From a virus (taxonomy: Duplodnaviria > Caudoviricetes): a stretch of DNA of 52,852 bases. The translations under genes were made by a program, and so were the position numbers. The notes beneath the pieces are model-generated. The model was given only the letters and a program-made list of their open reading frames with translations. It made no database searches and was not told the origin of the DNA. The stretch lies in IMG/VR virus record IMGVR_UViG_3300037427_000580, positions 1 to 52,852 of that record, one strand, 5' to 3'. How positions within the stretch are numbered: position 1 is the first letter of the stretch; every line of letters starts with the position of its first letter. Positions 1 to 8,027 of the stretch are shown one piece after another.

Positions 1-384
1 AAATCCCTTATCAACAGCCTGTTTAATTTTCTCCCAAGCTATTGTTTTCTTTGGATAAGGACCACAAACAATCTCTTTATCACCTTCGGCTAATATCGCT
101 AGTGATAGTACATCATTTGGATCAAATCCAATATCTGAATCAATGAACATCATATGGGTATAACCACTACGTAAAAATTCATCAACACAATAATTTCTTG
201 CTCTAGTTATTAGAGACTCATTAAACAAATAGAACATCTTTATATCCATATTATAAGCTTGTCCTATCTTAGCTAAGTCACAACTAGATTTTGTATACAT
301 ACCATGGCATTGTCCGCCATACATCGGGGTAGCTACAAAGATTTTCTTTTTACGTAAATCTTCTAACTCAACTGATATTTCCAA
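1..384 (-). CDS. GT-A fold glycosyltransferase-like protein (partial, runs off window start)
   Basis: Not in ORF track. Manual translation from TTG at 384 (AAGGAG upstream): MEISVELEDLRKKKIFVATPMYGGQC...NESLITRARNYCVDEFL...MMFIDSDIGF...CGPYPKK; DxD motif; family common in T4-like phages. Confidence 0.75.
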   Translation of the reverse strand, partial: MEISVELEDLRKKKIFVATPMYGGQCHGMYTKSSCDLAKIGQAYNMDIKMFYLFNESLITRARNYCVDEFLRSGYTHMMFIDSDIGFDPNDVLSLAILAEGDKEIVCGPYPKKTIAWEKIKQAVDKGF

Positions 385-413
385 AATCAAACTCCTTGTT
401 CATTATTAAAACC

Positions 414-443
414 ATTATATACCAAAAAGCCCATCTTTGTCAA
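414..443 (-). promoter_or_regulatory. sigma70-like early promoter
   Basis: TTGACA(443-438)-18 nt-TATAAT(419-414) upstream of the 1..384 gene. Confidence 0.65.
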
Positions 444-454
444 GACAGGCTTTT
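425..454 (-). terminator. Rho-independent terminator after cobS-like gene
   Basis: AAAAGCCTGTCTT-GACA-AAGATGGGCTTTT stem-loop ending in a U-run. Confidence 0.7.
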
Positions 455-467
455 CTTTTTTTATTGA

Positions 468-1658
468 TTAGTAAGGTATCTCTTCACTATCAACAGTTTC
501 ACTATCAGTGGAAACTTCACTATCAATTTTAGTGTATAAATCTTTGAAAGATAATTTAGTATCTTCATCAAATCTATTTATGCACATATCAATGGCTGTC
601 ATTTTGTCATTGAAAATTGAGAAGGCTTTCGCTATGTGAACTAGCCTTCTAGTTGAGATAATCTCATCAACACCACCATCATAGAAAGTTTTTCTAATGA
701 TATCAGCCCAATCGACAAGTTTATTTGAAAAATTGATATCGTTGATTTTCAAATCATCAAATACTTTACCAAGTATTTTCTTTTCAATTGAAACTGAAGG
801 GTATTCTTGCTCAACAGTAATTGGGAACCTCTCAAGAAAGGCTTCATTCATTACGTTGGTACCGATAAATCTACCATCATCAGAACCCTTACCTTTAGTG
901 TTAGCAGTGGCAACAATAGTGAAACCAGCTTTTGGTTTAACAAACTCACCAGTTTTCTTGATGAAATAACCTTTGCCCTCAAGAATAGATTGAAGACACA
1001 TAACTTTGGCTGGGTTAGCCAAGTCAAGTTCATCAAGAAGTGCTACTGCACCCTTTTCCATCGCATTGATGATAGGGCCTTTGAAGAACTTTGTATCGCC
1101 CTCAATAAGTCTGAAACCACCGATTAAATCATCTTCATCAGTTTCAACAGTAAAGTTGATTCTGATAACTTCTCGCTTGGCTTGGGCACAAGCTTGTTCG
1201 ATACCGAATGTTTTACCATTACCAGACAAACCAGTCACATAAATTGGGTAAAACATTTTTGAACTAACAATCTTTTTAATAGATTGAAAGTTACCGAACG
1301 GAACGAAAAGTGGATCAATCGCAGGGATTAGATTCTCAGTAAAACCGTTATGATCAACAGTTAAACTAGCTTTAGGGGCTGGTATATAAGCCGCTTCAGC
1401 TTGATTGGGAACCTCCCCAATAACTTCGGCTTTAACAGCCGTTGTAGCAGTTTCTTGTTCACCTACTGGTAGCTGATACAAGCCTCTGCCGACACGGTAC
1501 TTCCAAGCACCGTTATCGTCTTTAGTATAGATTAAAAAGTTCGGTTTGGGAAACCCCATACCTTGAATCTCTTTAATCTGGGCGGCAGTAATTGTGTTGG
1601 TACCGAATTTCTCAATTGCAGTATCAACAAATTTCTGTTGTTTATCATTTAAAATCAT
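468..1658 (-). CDS. cobS: MoxR/CobS-like AAA+ ATPase
   Basis: Walker A GLSGNGKT, DEDDLIGGFRL, Walker B LLDELD, ATANTKGKG, AFLERF, ISTRRL; the phage CobS-like family of T4-like marine phages. Confidence 0.92.
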   Translation of the reverse strand: MILNDKQQKFVDTAIEKFGTNTITAAQIKEIQGMGFPKPNFLIYTKDDNGAWKYRVGRGLYQLPVGEQETATTAVKAEVIGEVPNQAEAAYIPAPKASLTVDHNGFTENLIPAIDPLFVPFGNFQSIKKIVSSKMFYPIYVTGLSGNGKTFGIEQACAQAKREVIRINFTVETDEDDLIGGFRLIEGDTKFFKGPIINAMEKGAVALLDELDLANPAKVMCLQSILEGKGYFIKKTGEFVKPKAGFTIVATANTKGKGSDDGRFIGTNVMNEAFLERFPITVEQEYPSVSIEKKILGKVFDDLKINDINFSNKLVDWADIIRKTFYDGGVDEIISTRRLVHIAKAFSIFNDKMTAIDMCINRFDEDTKLSFKDLYTKIDSEVSTDSETVDSEEIPY

Positions 1659-1685
1659 ATTTTCACTCTCTCTAATTATTAAAAA

Positions 1686-1748
1686 CGAATCACTTACACT
1701 ATTATAATAGCAGGTTCTCTGGAAAAGTCAACCCCTCAAACCATATTT
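1686..1748 (-). promoter_or_regulatory. Early promoter repeat copy A
   Basis: AAATATGGTTTGAGGGG-TTGACT-16 nt-TATTAT...GTGATTCGTTT. Confidence 0.75.
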
Positions 1749-4102
1749 TATGCCACTAAATCAATAAATTTTGAAAGCATTAATCGGCTAGACTTTTTAC
1801 CTTTGTTAGCTTTTCTAAAAGCTTGTCTTATCTGAGCCGTAGTAGCAGTTTCAGAAACTTCTATTGAACCATTTGAAGTTTCTAAATCTGAACCGAGAAC
1901 TGCAAACTGGGTAGTGTAACCAGTATCTGTCCTATTGGATAGTATTGTGAATTTTTCTTTTTTCATTTCTACCCAAGCTGATTCTTTTTGAAGATGGCTC
2001 ATTTCTCTAGGCAATTCACTTATCGCTGAAGTTTTTCTATTTGGAAGAATATGAAACCCTATCACATTAGTTTGGGTAAAATCAGCTAGTGACTTCAAAA
2101 GGGTTCTAGTCACTACATCACCACCATACCAATCACCATAATTAAGTCTATATTGCCTTTTAGTTATTGGGTTGACAAAAGAATGTCTTGGTTTTCTTGA
2201 GAACCCATATCTCTTTTCAATATAAGCTTTACCCAATCTAGCATCACCTTCAAAGTGGGACCAGTAATAAAGTGGGTGACTTTCTCCATCAGTTAAGAAA
2301 ACTGTATTGACAATATCTAATCTATTTTTCTTTTGAAACATTGTCACCAAAGTATGGGCTGAAACTATCGCATCATTCAATGGAGTACCTGACAACCAAA
2401 ATCTTTTCTGAACATAATAGCTACCATATTTACTACTTTGTCTATATCTATTTTCCCAATATTTACCAATCGCTAGAACAGTAGCCGCGGCTTTTTGAAA
2501 TTCTATTCTAGACATTTTGTTATTGAAAAATTCTAATAGATGAAAATGACTAGAAAAGGTAGTTTCATTTTTTCTATGCATTTGTGAAGATTGATTCTCA
2601 TTAGCTTTTTCTATATTCTGAGCAAACCACCCATCATTATTATCTGAGAAAGCATATACTACAAAAGGTATCTGAACTTGTCGGCAAAAGCTAACTAAGT
2701 TTAATAACTGATCTACAGTATTTGATAACTGACTAGCCATTGAACCACTCCAGTCTATAAACATTATTAAACCGTGGTTCTTACCATCTGGAACAATAGT
2801 CATCTTTTGAAAAATGTCATCTGAAAATTTGTAGTTGTTCATTTTCAAAGTATCGATAACCCCAGTTTTAGAAACTGTCGCCCTCTTATATTCGGCAGCC
2901 TTTTTCTTCATTTCAAATTCTTTAACAAGGTAGTTGATAGTCTTTTTATTGTTGACTTGAAATTCTTTGTACATTTTCATACCAGCATTAATCATATCGG
3001 TATTTTGAGAAACATCTTTAAGAATTTCTTTATAACTTCTAACTCTTTCAGTTATTTCTTTTTCTTTAAGATTAAGTTTGAAATTTTTAATATCAATATC
3101 TTTAGAAGTTGAACCAAATTCTGTTTTAAGATTTTCTTCTAAGGCTCTATCAGTTTCAGAGATGGGTAAATCAGGATCAAGAAGATCGTTTTCACCACCA
3201 TCTTTACCAGACTCACCTTCTTCAGAAGAATTTGTTAAAACTTCTTTATCGCCATCAGAGTCATCTAAGCTAGAACTATCAGCATCACCACTGTCGCCAT
3301 CATCGCCGCCATCATCTGACTCACTATCATCATCAGAGTCTTCAGAACTAGATGAATTTCCTTCTTCATCAGTTTCATCATCACCCCAACCATCATCAGA
3401 AAGGCCTTGCTGATAGTTTTCAAAATCATCATCACCATCTTCATCATCAAATTCATTATCGCCATCTTCTACCTCATTTTCTTCTTTTTGCATTTTCATC
3501 ATTTGATCTGCTATAGCCTCTTCTTGGGCTTTTTCTTCTTGATGTTCTGCTTTTGCCATATCAAATAATTCGTGAGCAACTTTAATTGCATCATCAAAAG
3601 TTTCTAGGGCAGCCATTTTGTCAACCCAAACTTTTTCATTCTTTTCTATTTTAACGCCAACTGTTTGCCCACACTTGAACAAAACATTTAATCTATCTAT
3701 CAGCTTATAGTTATTAATATGTTCGGCATCTTTACCGAACAAACCTTCTGATAATAATTTCTTGTAAGATTTAACAAAAGAACTTCTCAAACCAGGATAT
3801 CGCCTCTGAATTAATTTCTCAATTCTGGCATCTTCAACTACGTTTAAGAAAGTTTTGAAATTCTTAGGATTATCAGTACATTCTGATAACCATTTATCAG
3901 CATCGGTCCATAATGCATGGCCAACTTCGTGCCCTACTAAATGATCATATGTAAAATCTTTCATATCTTCCCATAGTGGGAGAGTTAAGATACGATCTTT
4001 TACATTGAAACTTGCAGTATCAACACTACCGTGGACAATATCAATATTTTCTGTCGCTAATAGTTTGGCAAGAACTTCTTTTGAATTAATATTTAATGTC
4101 AT
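1748..4102 (-). CDS. CobT-like VWA-domain protein with N-terminal HExxH metallopeptidase-like domain and acidic linker
   Basis: HEVGH and NVVEDARIE in the N-terminus; D/E/S-rich linker; MIDAS FIDWSGSM, SGTPL, FLTDGE; adjacent to MoxR ATPase. Confidence 0.88.
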   Translation of the reverse strand: MTLNINSKEVLAKLLATENIDIVHGSVDTASFNVKDRILTLPLWEDMKDFTYDHLVGHEVGHALWTDADKWLSECTDNPKNFKTFLNVVEDARIEKLIQRRYPGLRSSFVKSYKKLLSEGLFGKDAEHINNYKLIDRLNVLFKCGQTVGVKIEKNEKVWVDKMAALETFDDAIKVAHELFDMAKAEHQEEKAQEEAIADQMMKMQKEENEVEDGDNEFDDEDGDDDFENYQQGLSDDGWGDDETDEEGNSSSSEDSDDDSESDDGGDDGDSGDADSSSLDDSDGDKEVLTNSSEEGESGKDGGENDLLDPDLPISETDRALEENLKTEFGSTSKDIDIKNFKLNLKEKEITERVRSYKEILKDVSQNTDMINAGMKMYKEFQVNNKKTINYLVKEFEMKKKAAEYKRATVSKTGVIDTLKMNNYKFSDDIFQKMTIVPDGKNHGLIMFIDWSGSMASQLSNTVDQLLNLVSFCRQVQIPFVVYAFSDNNDGWFAQNIEKANENQSSQMHRKNETTFSSHFHLLEFFNNKMSRIEFQKAAATVLAIGKYWENRYRQSSKYGSYYVQKRFWLSGTPLNDAIVSAHTLVTMFQKKNRLDIVNTVFLTDGESHPLYYWSHFEGDARLGKAYIEKRYGFSRKPRHSFVNPITKRQYRLNYGDWYGGDVVTRTLLKSLADFTQTNVIGFHILPNRKTSAISELPREMSHLQKESAWVEMKKEKFTILSNRTDTGYTTQFAVLGSDLETSNGSIEVSETATTAQIRQAFRKANKGKKSSRLMLSKFIDLVA

Positions 4103-4105
4103 AAA

Positions 4106-4178
4106 CGAATCACTCTCTCTAATTACTCTTATAATCTATCATACTGGCAGGTTTTGTCAACCCCTTGAACCATATTTT
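4106..4178 (-). promoter_or_regulatory. Early promoter repeat copy B
   Basis: AAATATGGTTCAAGGGG-TTGACA-16 nt-TAGATT...GTGATTCGTTT-ATG. Confidence 0.7.
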
Positions 4179-4189
4179 TTTATTAATTC

Positions 4190-4411
4190 TTATACGGCAG
4201 TACCGTCATCAGTATCTAATTCTACTGTTGTGATAGACATCAAATCATCAGCTTTAAGGCCTTCTTGCTCAAAACCTGCGATAGCATTAGCTTCAGAAAT
4301 AGAGGCAGTATCGCCGTAAGAATTAGCAAAAGTAGTGCTAACTATGAACTTATCGCCGTCAGCAGTAGTAGTTAAATGTTCAATTGATGTTGTAAAAAAT
4401 GTATTTGGCAT
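4190..4411 (-). CDS. Small acidic early hypothetical protein (73 aa, MPNTFF...)
   Basis: ATG at 4411 follows an AGAGAG purine tract and lies downstream of promoter copy C; the ORF-track start at 4447 falls inside the conserved motif. Confidence 0.7.
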   Translation of the reverse strand: MPNTFFTTSIEHLTTTADGDKFIVSTTFANSYGDTASISEANAIAGFEQEGLKADDLMSITTVELDTDDGTAV

Positions 4412-4439
4412 ATTTTTTCTCTCTTTGTTATTATTAAAA

Positions 4440-4502
4440 CGAATCACTTACACTTATATAATAGCAAATTGGTAGGTTATGTCAACCCCTTAAACCATAT
4501 TA
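4440..4502 (-). promoter_or_regulatory. Early promoter repeat copy C
   Basis: TAATATGGTTTAAGGGG-TTGACA-16 nt-TATTAT...GTGATTCGTTT. Confidence 0.75.
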
Positions 4503-4518
4503 ATTTAAAAAAATATGG

Positions 4519-5424
4519 TTAACCTTGAAAATTAGTAATTAATTTCATATTATAATTATTAGGCTTGTTTGTTAAGTTTTCTTTTACACCTGGTTTATAT
4601 CTGAGTTTATTTTTCTTAAATGGTCCATAGTCAACATAATGATGCCATCTACCATATTTCCAAACTACTCTAGCTACATCTGGGTGTAAGTCAGCTAACA
4701 TTTTAGATTTATTAATTGTACCATCTACATTATATCCAGTCTTTTTAAACTGATCATTCTCTGTAAATTCTGCGTGGTAAAACTCTTCAGTATTACCACC
4801 CTTAACAGTTTGTGTTGCTGATTTACCTTGCATAAATGCATTGAACTGAATCGTAACATCTCCATCTTTCAATACTCTTAAACAAATATCAGTATCTTCA
4901 TTATATCTACCACGCCACCTGTGTTTACAATCGTTTCTAATCAGCAATGTGGAGTAGATTCTTGTATTTGCTACAAATGGTGGATATTTCTGATTTGGTG
5001 CAATAAAGAATCGATACTGAAATCCAGAGATAGGAACATTTTCAAATCTTTCTACGAAATCTTCGGCAGCCCTAAAGATTACACCACTCTCAACACGTAT
5101 ACGAATATTATTATGTAATCTATAAAAATCATCTATATTATCATCTAGTACCCAATGATAATCTGCACCAATAGATATTGAATGATCCCAACACCAGTTT
5201 CTTGCTCTCCCTGGGCCATCACCATGGTTACTAAAGGGAAGTTCTAATAGTGTTACATAATCACGTATTTTAAAATTATCTAAAGCTTTCTGATAATTAT
5301 CCCAATCTTGTGGTTCAACTGAAATATAATGTGGTATTTTCATTCTAGCTAGACTTCTTGAAGTCTTCATAGATTCGTGGCGTGTTTTTGATATTATATA
5401 AACTGGGTGTCTAGGATTTGTCAT
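4519..5424 (-). CDS. TAGT/GREB1-like (TET/JBP-associated) glycosyltransferase
   Basis: YIISKTR, VEPQD, RARNWCWDHS, HWVLDDNI, NTRIYS, WRGRYNEDTDICLRVLKDG, KGGNT motifs. Confidence 0.8.
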   Translation of the reverse strand: MTNPRHPVYIISKTRHESMKTSRSLARMKIPHYISVEPQDWDNYQKALDNFKIRDYVTLLELPFSNHGDGPGRARNWCWDHSISIGADYHWVLDDNIDDFYRLHNNIRIRVESGVIFRAAEDFVERFENVPISGFQYRFFIAPNQKYPPFVANTRIYSTLLIRNDCKHRWRGRYNEDTDICLRVLKDGDVTIQFNAFMQGKSATQTVKGGNTEEFYHAEFTENDQFKKTGYNVDGTINKSKMLADLHPDVARVVWKYGRWHHYVDYGPFKKNKLRYKPGVKENLTNKPNNYNMKLITNFQG

Positions 5425-6374
5425 TCAAAAAATTTCTCTAATGTTGGCCTTTGTGATGTTTTTATTTCTATATCATTAATTATATAATCATACTCTTTTC
5501 TGAGCAAAGTGTCAAGTCCCAAATTATTCCATTTTTGTTCACTTATACTATCTGCTTTATTCCAAGCACTTTCAAAAAAATGTTGGACAATAAAAGATTT
5601 ATCTGATATCTCATCTATACTAGGCAAAGTATGCCCAAATAATTCTGTCTTTCCATCTAATCGTGTTGGAGTTTCCATTGAGTAGCATTTACTCTCACCC
5701 AACCAAGCTGGCAGAGGACAGAAATATATCGGTTGATAAACTTTGGCTGTAGTATCTGTTGAACATATTTTCTTTACTGTCCATAATACTGAGTTCCATT
5801 CATCTGAACTAGCTTTGGGATCAGTTTCTAATTTCTTCATTATCCAAATTGCCAAGTCGTGTACTTGCTTAGATGTATTGGGCCCAACTTTAATTGGGAA
5901 AGCAGTTAATTCTTTTCCGTCCCAACTATTGTCGTGTACTTTCATTGGTGGTTTATTTTCGCCCCATTGTGGTGCAAATCCACCAGTCTTTTTACTTGGC
6001 ATTGTAGCGAACCAAGAATCATATTCTGGTAAAGGCTTCAATACTACGGCGTCCATATCAAGTACTACACCCTCTACTTGTGATGCTCTCTTTAATCTAA
6101 TTGCATCAGCAACGTGGGCTATTGAATGGCCGTTAGTTAATGCTTTATGAACTATCTCATAATTTAACATTGAACTTGCATCTTTTATTTTGATAGATGG
6201 ATATTCCCAGTATGTAACTTTCTGATATGTCCAGACTTCAACTTCATTGCCCATCTTTTCGTGAGCCTTAAATACTAATTCGTGAAATGGAGAGAATCTT
6301 AATTCACTTCCTCTCCAAGAAGTGGGACTACTTGATTCTGTAGGCTTATTGCTCCAGAATAAAATTATTTTCAT
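5421..6374 (-). CDS. GT32/alpha-1,4-glycosyltransferase-like (DxD) protein
   Basis: FW near the N-terminus, G..V.VWTY, IKDA, AHVADAIRL, GVVLDMDAVVLKPL (cf. SDxxR...GGxxxDxD). Confidence 0.7.
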   Translation of the reverse strand: MKIILFWSNKPTESSSPTSWRGSELRFSPFHELVFKAHEKMGNEVEVWTYQKVTYWEYPSIKIKDASSMLNYEIVHKALTNGHSIAHVADAIRLKRASQVEGVVLDMDAVVLKPLPEYDSWFATMPSKKTGGFAPQWGENKPPMKVHDNSWDGKELTAFPIKVGPNTSKQVHDLAIWIMKKLETDPKASSDEWNSVLWTVKKICSTDTTAKVYQPIYFCPLPAWLGESKCYSMETPTRLDGKTELFGHTLPSIDEISDKSFIVQHFFESAWNKADSISEQKWNNLGLDTLLRKEYDYIINDIEIKTSQRPTLEKFFE

Positions 6375-6712
6375 TCTTCAATCCATCTCATTAAAGAGTT
6401 TTTAGTAATCTCTAACTTAGGGTACCACATAGATTTTGTTTTCTCTGTTGGTTTCATCTCTGAGTCAACTGCTGAATACTTTCGACAAAATTCTTCAAAG
6501 TCTTCTTTGTTTCGAAAATGTAATTGTATAGTTTTGAAAGTTTTTTTATCTTCTTGCTTATACTCTGGCATTTCTTTCCAGTGTTGTTTCCAAGGTTCTT
6601 CAACTACAGTTTCATCAAGTTCTGGCATAAAAGAAGTTAAGTCTGCATTGGGTTTTTCTTTGACGCCCAATAGACTTTCATACTCCGTAGATTCTTTAAC
6701 GTCTTCTGACAT
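6371..6712 (-). CDS. Conserved small protein of TAGT-type loci
   Basis: W..MPEY.QE...HF....DF..F...KTKS.WYP pattern, which I recall next to TAGT genes in phages; translationally coupled to the GT. Confidence 0.6.
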   Translation of the reverse strand: MSEDVKESTEYESLLGVKEKPNADLTSFMPELDETVVEEPWKQHWKEMPEYKQEDKKTFKTIQLHFRNKEDFEEFCRKYSAVDSEMKPTEKTKSMWYPKLEITKNSLMRWIEE

Positions 6713-6721
6713 ATGATTCTC

Positions 6722-6922
6722 CTATAATTTTATAGCTATGGTTACCAGTATAGCAATTAATAACACGTTTGTCAAGATCATTTGAATACATAATATTAAA
6801 TGATACCACACCCATCTATGCTTATATAAATTCTCTTTAGAAAAAGTTAAATCTTCGGCTTGTTCTTCTTCTATTTCAACTGGGTGCTTTTTTATACCGA
6901 GTGTTGTCAACCAATCCATCAT
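6722..6922 (-). CDS. Small membrane protein
   Basis: 66 aa with a hydrophobic C-terminal helix; ATGA overlap with upstream gene. Confidence 0.65.
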   Translation of the reverse strand: MMDWLTTLGIKKHPVEIEEEQAEDLTFSKENLYKHRWVWYHLILCIQMILTNVLLIAILVTIAIKL

Positions 6923-7362
6923 GATAAATTCCTTTTTCTTAACTTATCTAATTTTCTTTTCTTTCTTTGAGCAAGTTCTAAATGATATCTATTTGCTCGA
7001 CTCGTAAATCTTATACCATCTAATGTGTCTATAGCTTGTTGAAATAGTCCAGCAGTTACGTTCTCAAACTTGATAGTATTAACAGTACCATCTAGTCCAG
7101 CATATCTACATCTAATTTCTTTATGTCTTTTAACTTTGAGAAACAATCCAGGATATTGATAATGTGTTTCTTCGTTTAGAAACATCTGTTCTGATTTATT
7201 TACTATAATCGGATTAAACACTGGAATTATAGTCTCAGCATCACCAGGATTACCCAGGACGAATGCTTTTGCATCTATTGATAAATCACTAGCAGTTATA
7301 CATAATAACCGAGTTTTTAGTAATTTAGCTTTGAGTTTGTCGAATATTTCTTGGTTGTTCAT
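6919..7362 (-). CDS. Peptide deformylase-like protein, catalytically degenerate
   Basis: VFNPIIV, YPGLFLKVKR...I...Y, A..FQ...D.LDGI.F scaffold intact, but EGCLS is EETHY and QHEXDH is QQAIDT. Confidence 0.75.
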   Translation of the reverse strand: MNNQEIFDKLKAKLLKTRLLCITASDLSIDAKAFVLGNPGDAETIIPVFNPIIVNKSEQMFLNEETHYQYPGLFLKVKRHKEIRCRYAGLDGTVNTIKFENVTAGLFQQAIDTLDGIRFTSRANRYHLELAQRKKRKLDKLRKRNLS

Positions 7363-7483
7363 AATCTCTTTCTAATTTTCTATTCAATCTTCTATCTTTA
7401 GCTTTACCAGATTTCTTAAAAGATTTTTCCCAGGCTCTACTAAGTGAATGAGTCTTATCTCGTTTTATTCTCTCGTTTGCCAT
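7325..7483 (-). CDS. Small very basic hypothetical protein (52 aa)
   Basis: Manual: MANERIKRDKTHSLSRAWEKSFKKSGKAKDRRLNRKLERDYEQPRNIRQTQS; fills the gap between MTase and PDF-like gene; GGAG upstream. Confidence 0.5.
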   Translation of the reverse strand: MANERIKRDKTHSLSRAWEKSFKKSGKAKDRRLNRKLERDYEQPRNIRQTQS

Positions 7484-8027
7484 ATAAGTTTATCGCTCCA
7501 TTTTTTATCTTCACTTCGTCTTGTTGCCAATCTGGCCTTTCATCAAAATAATACCAAGCACAATTATCTTTACCAACTGATTTACTATCTGGGATCCATT
7601 TTACTCTACCAACACTTATAACACTACGTAACATATCTTGATATGGTATGCTTTGTTTCGTGTGGATCCAATCTGCATCAAATAATAAAAACATACCAAC
7701 TTTACTAGAAAATTTCTCTATCATACTATGTAGGATTTTCCTATCCCAGGGTGGATTAGTTATGATAAATTGTGTAGATGGTTTTATAATCAATTCAAAC
7801 ATATCCCACTTTTCTATCCAATCAGCTTGGGGTTCAATATCAGAAGCTAATTGCAACTTTGCACCTGTACAATGATCTTCAATATGTTCTACTAATGTAC
7901 CATCTCCAGCACATGGCTCAATATAAGTAAAATTATATGGCAAGTGAGGTACCACTGGAAGAAAAGCTTCCAACGGGGTTGGGTAGAAATCTCTTTCTTT
8001 TCTTTCATAGTCACTCCTCTTTCCCAT
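7455..8027 (-). CDS. Amino (N6-adenine/N4-cytosine) DNA methyltransferase
   Basis: DFYPTP, SAM-binding IEPCAGDG, catalytic ITNPPW. Confidence 0.85.
   Translation of the reverse strand: MGKRSDYERKERDFYPTPLEAFLPVVPHLPYNFTYIEPCAGDGTLVEHIEDHCTGAKLQLASDIEPQADWIEKWDMFELIIKPSTQFIITNPPWDRKILHSMIEKFSSKVGMFLLFDADWIHTKQSIPYQDMLRSVISVGRVKWIPDSKSVGKDNCAWYYFDERPDWQQDEVKIKNGAINLYGKRENKTR

Noticed and set aside
468-4102. Genuine cobalamin biosynthesis (cobaltochelatase CobST)
   Set aside because: No cobN or other cob genes; this is the general phage MoxR/VWA pair
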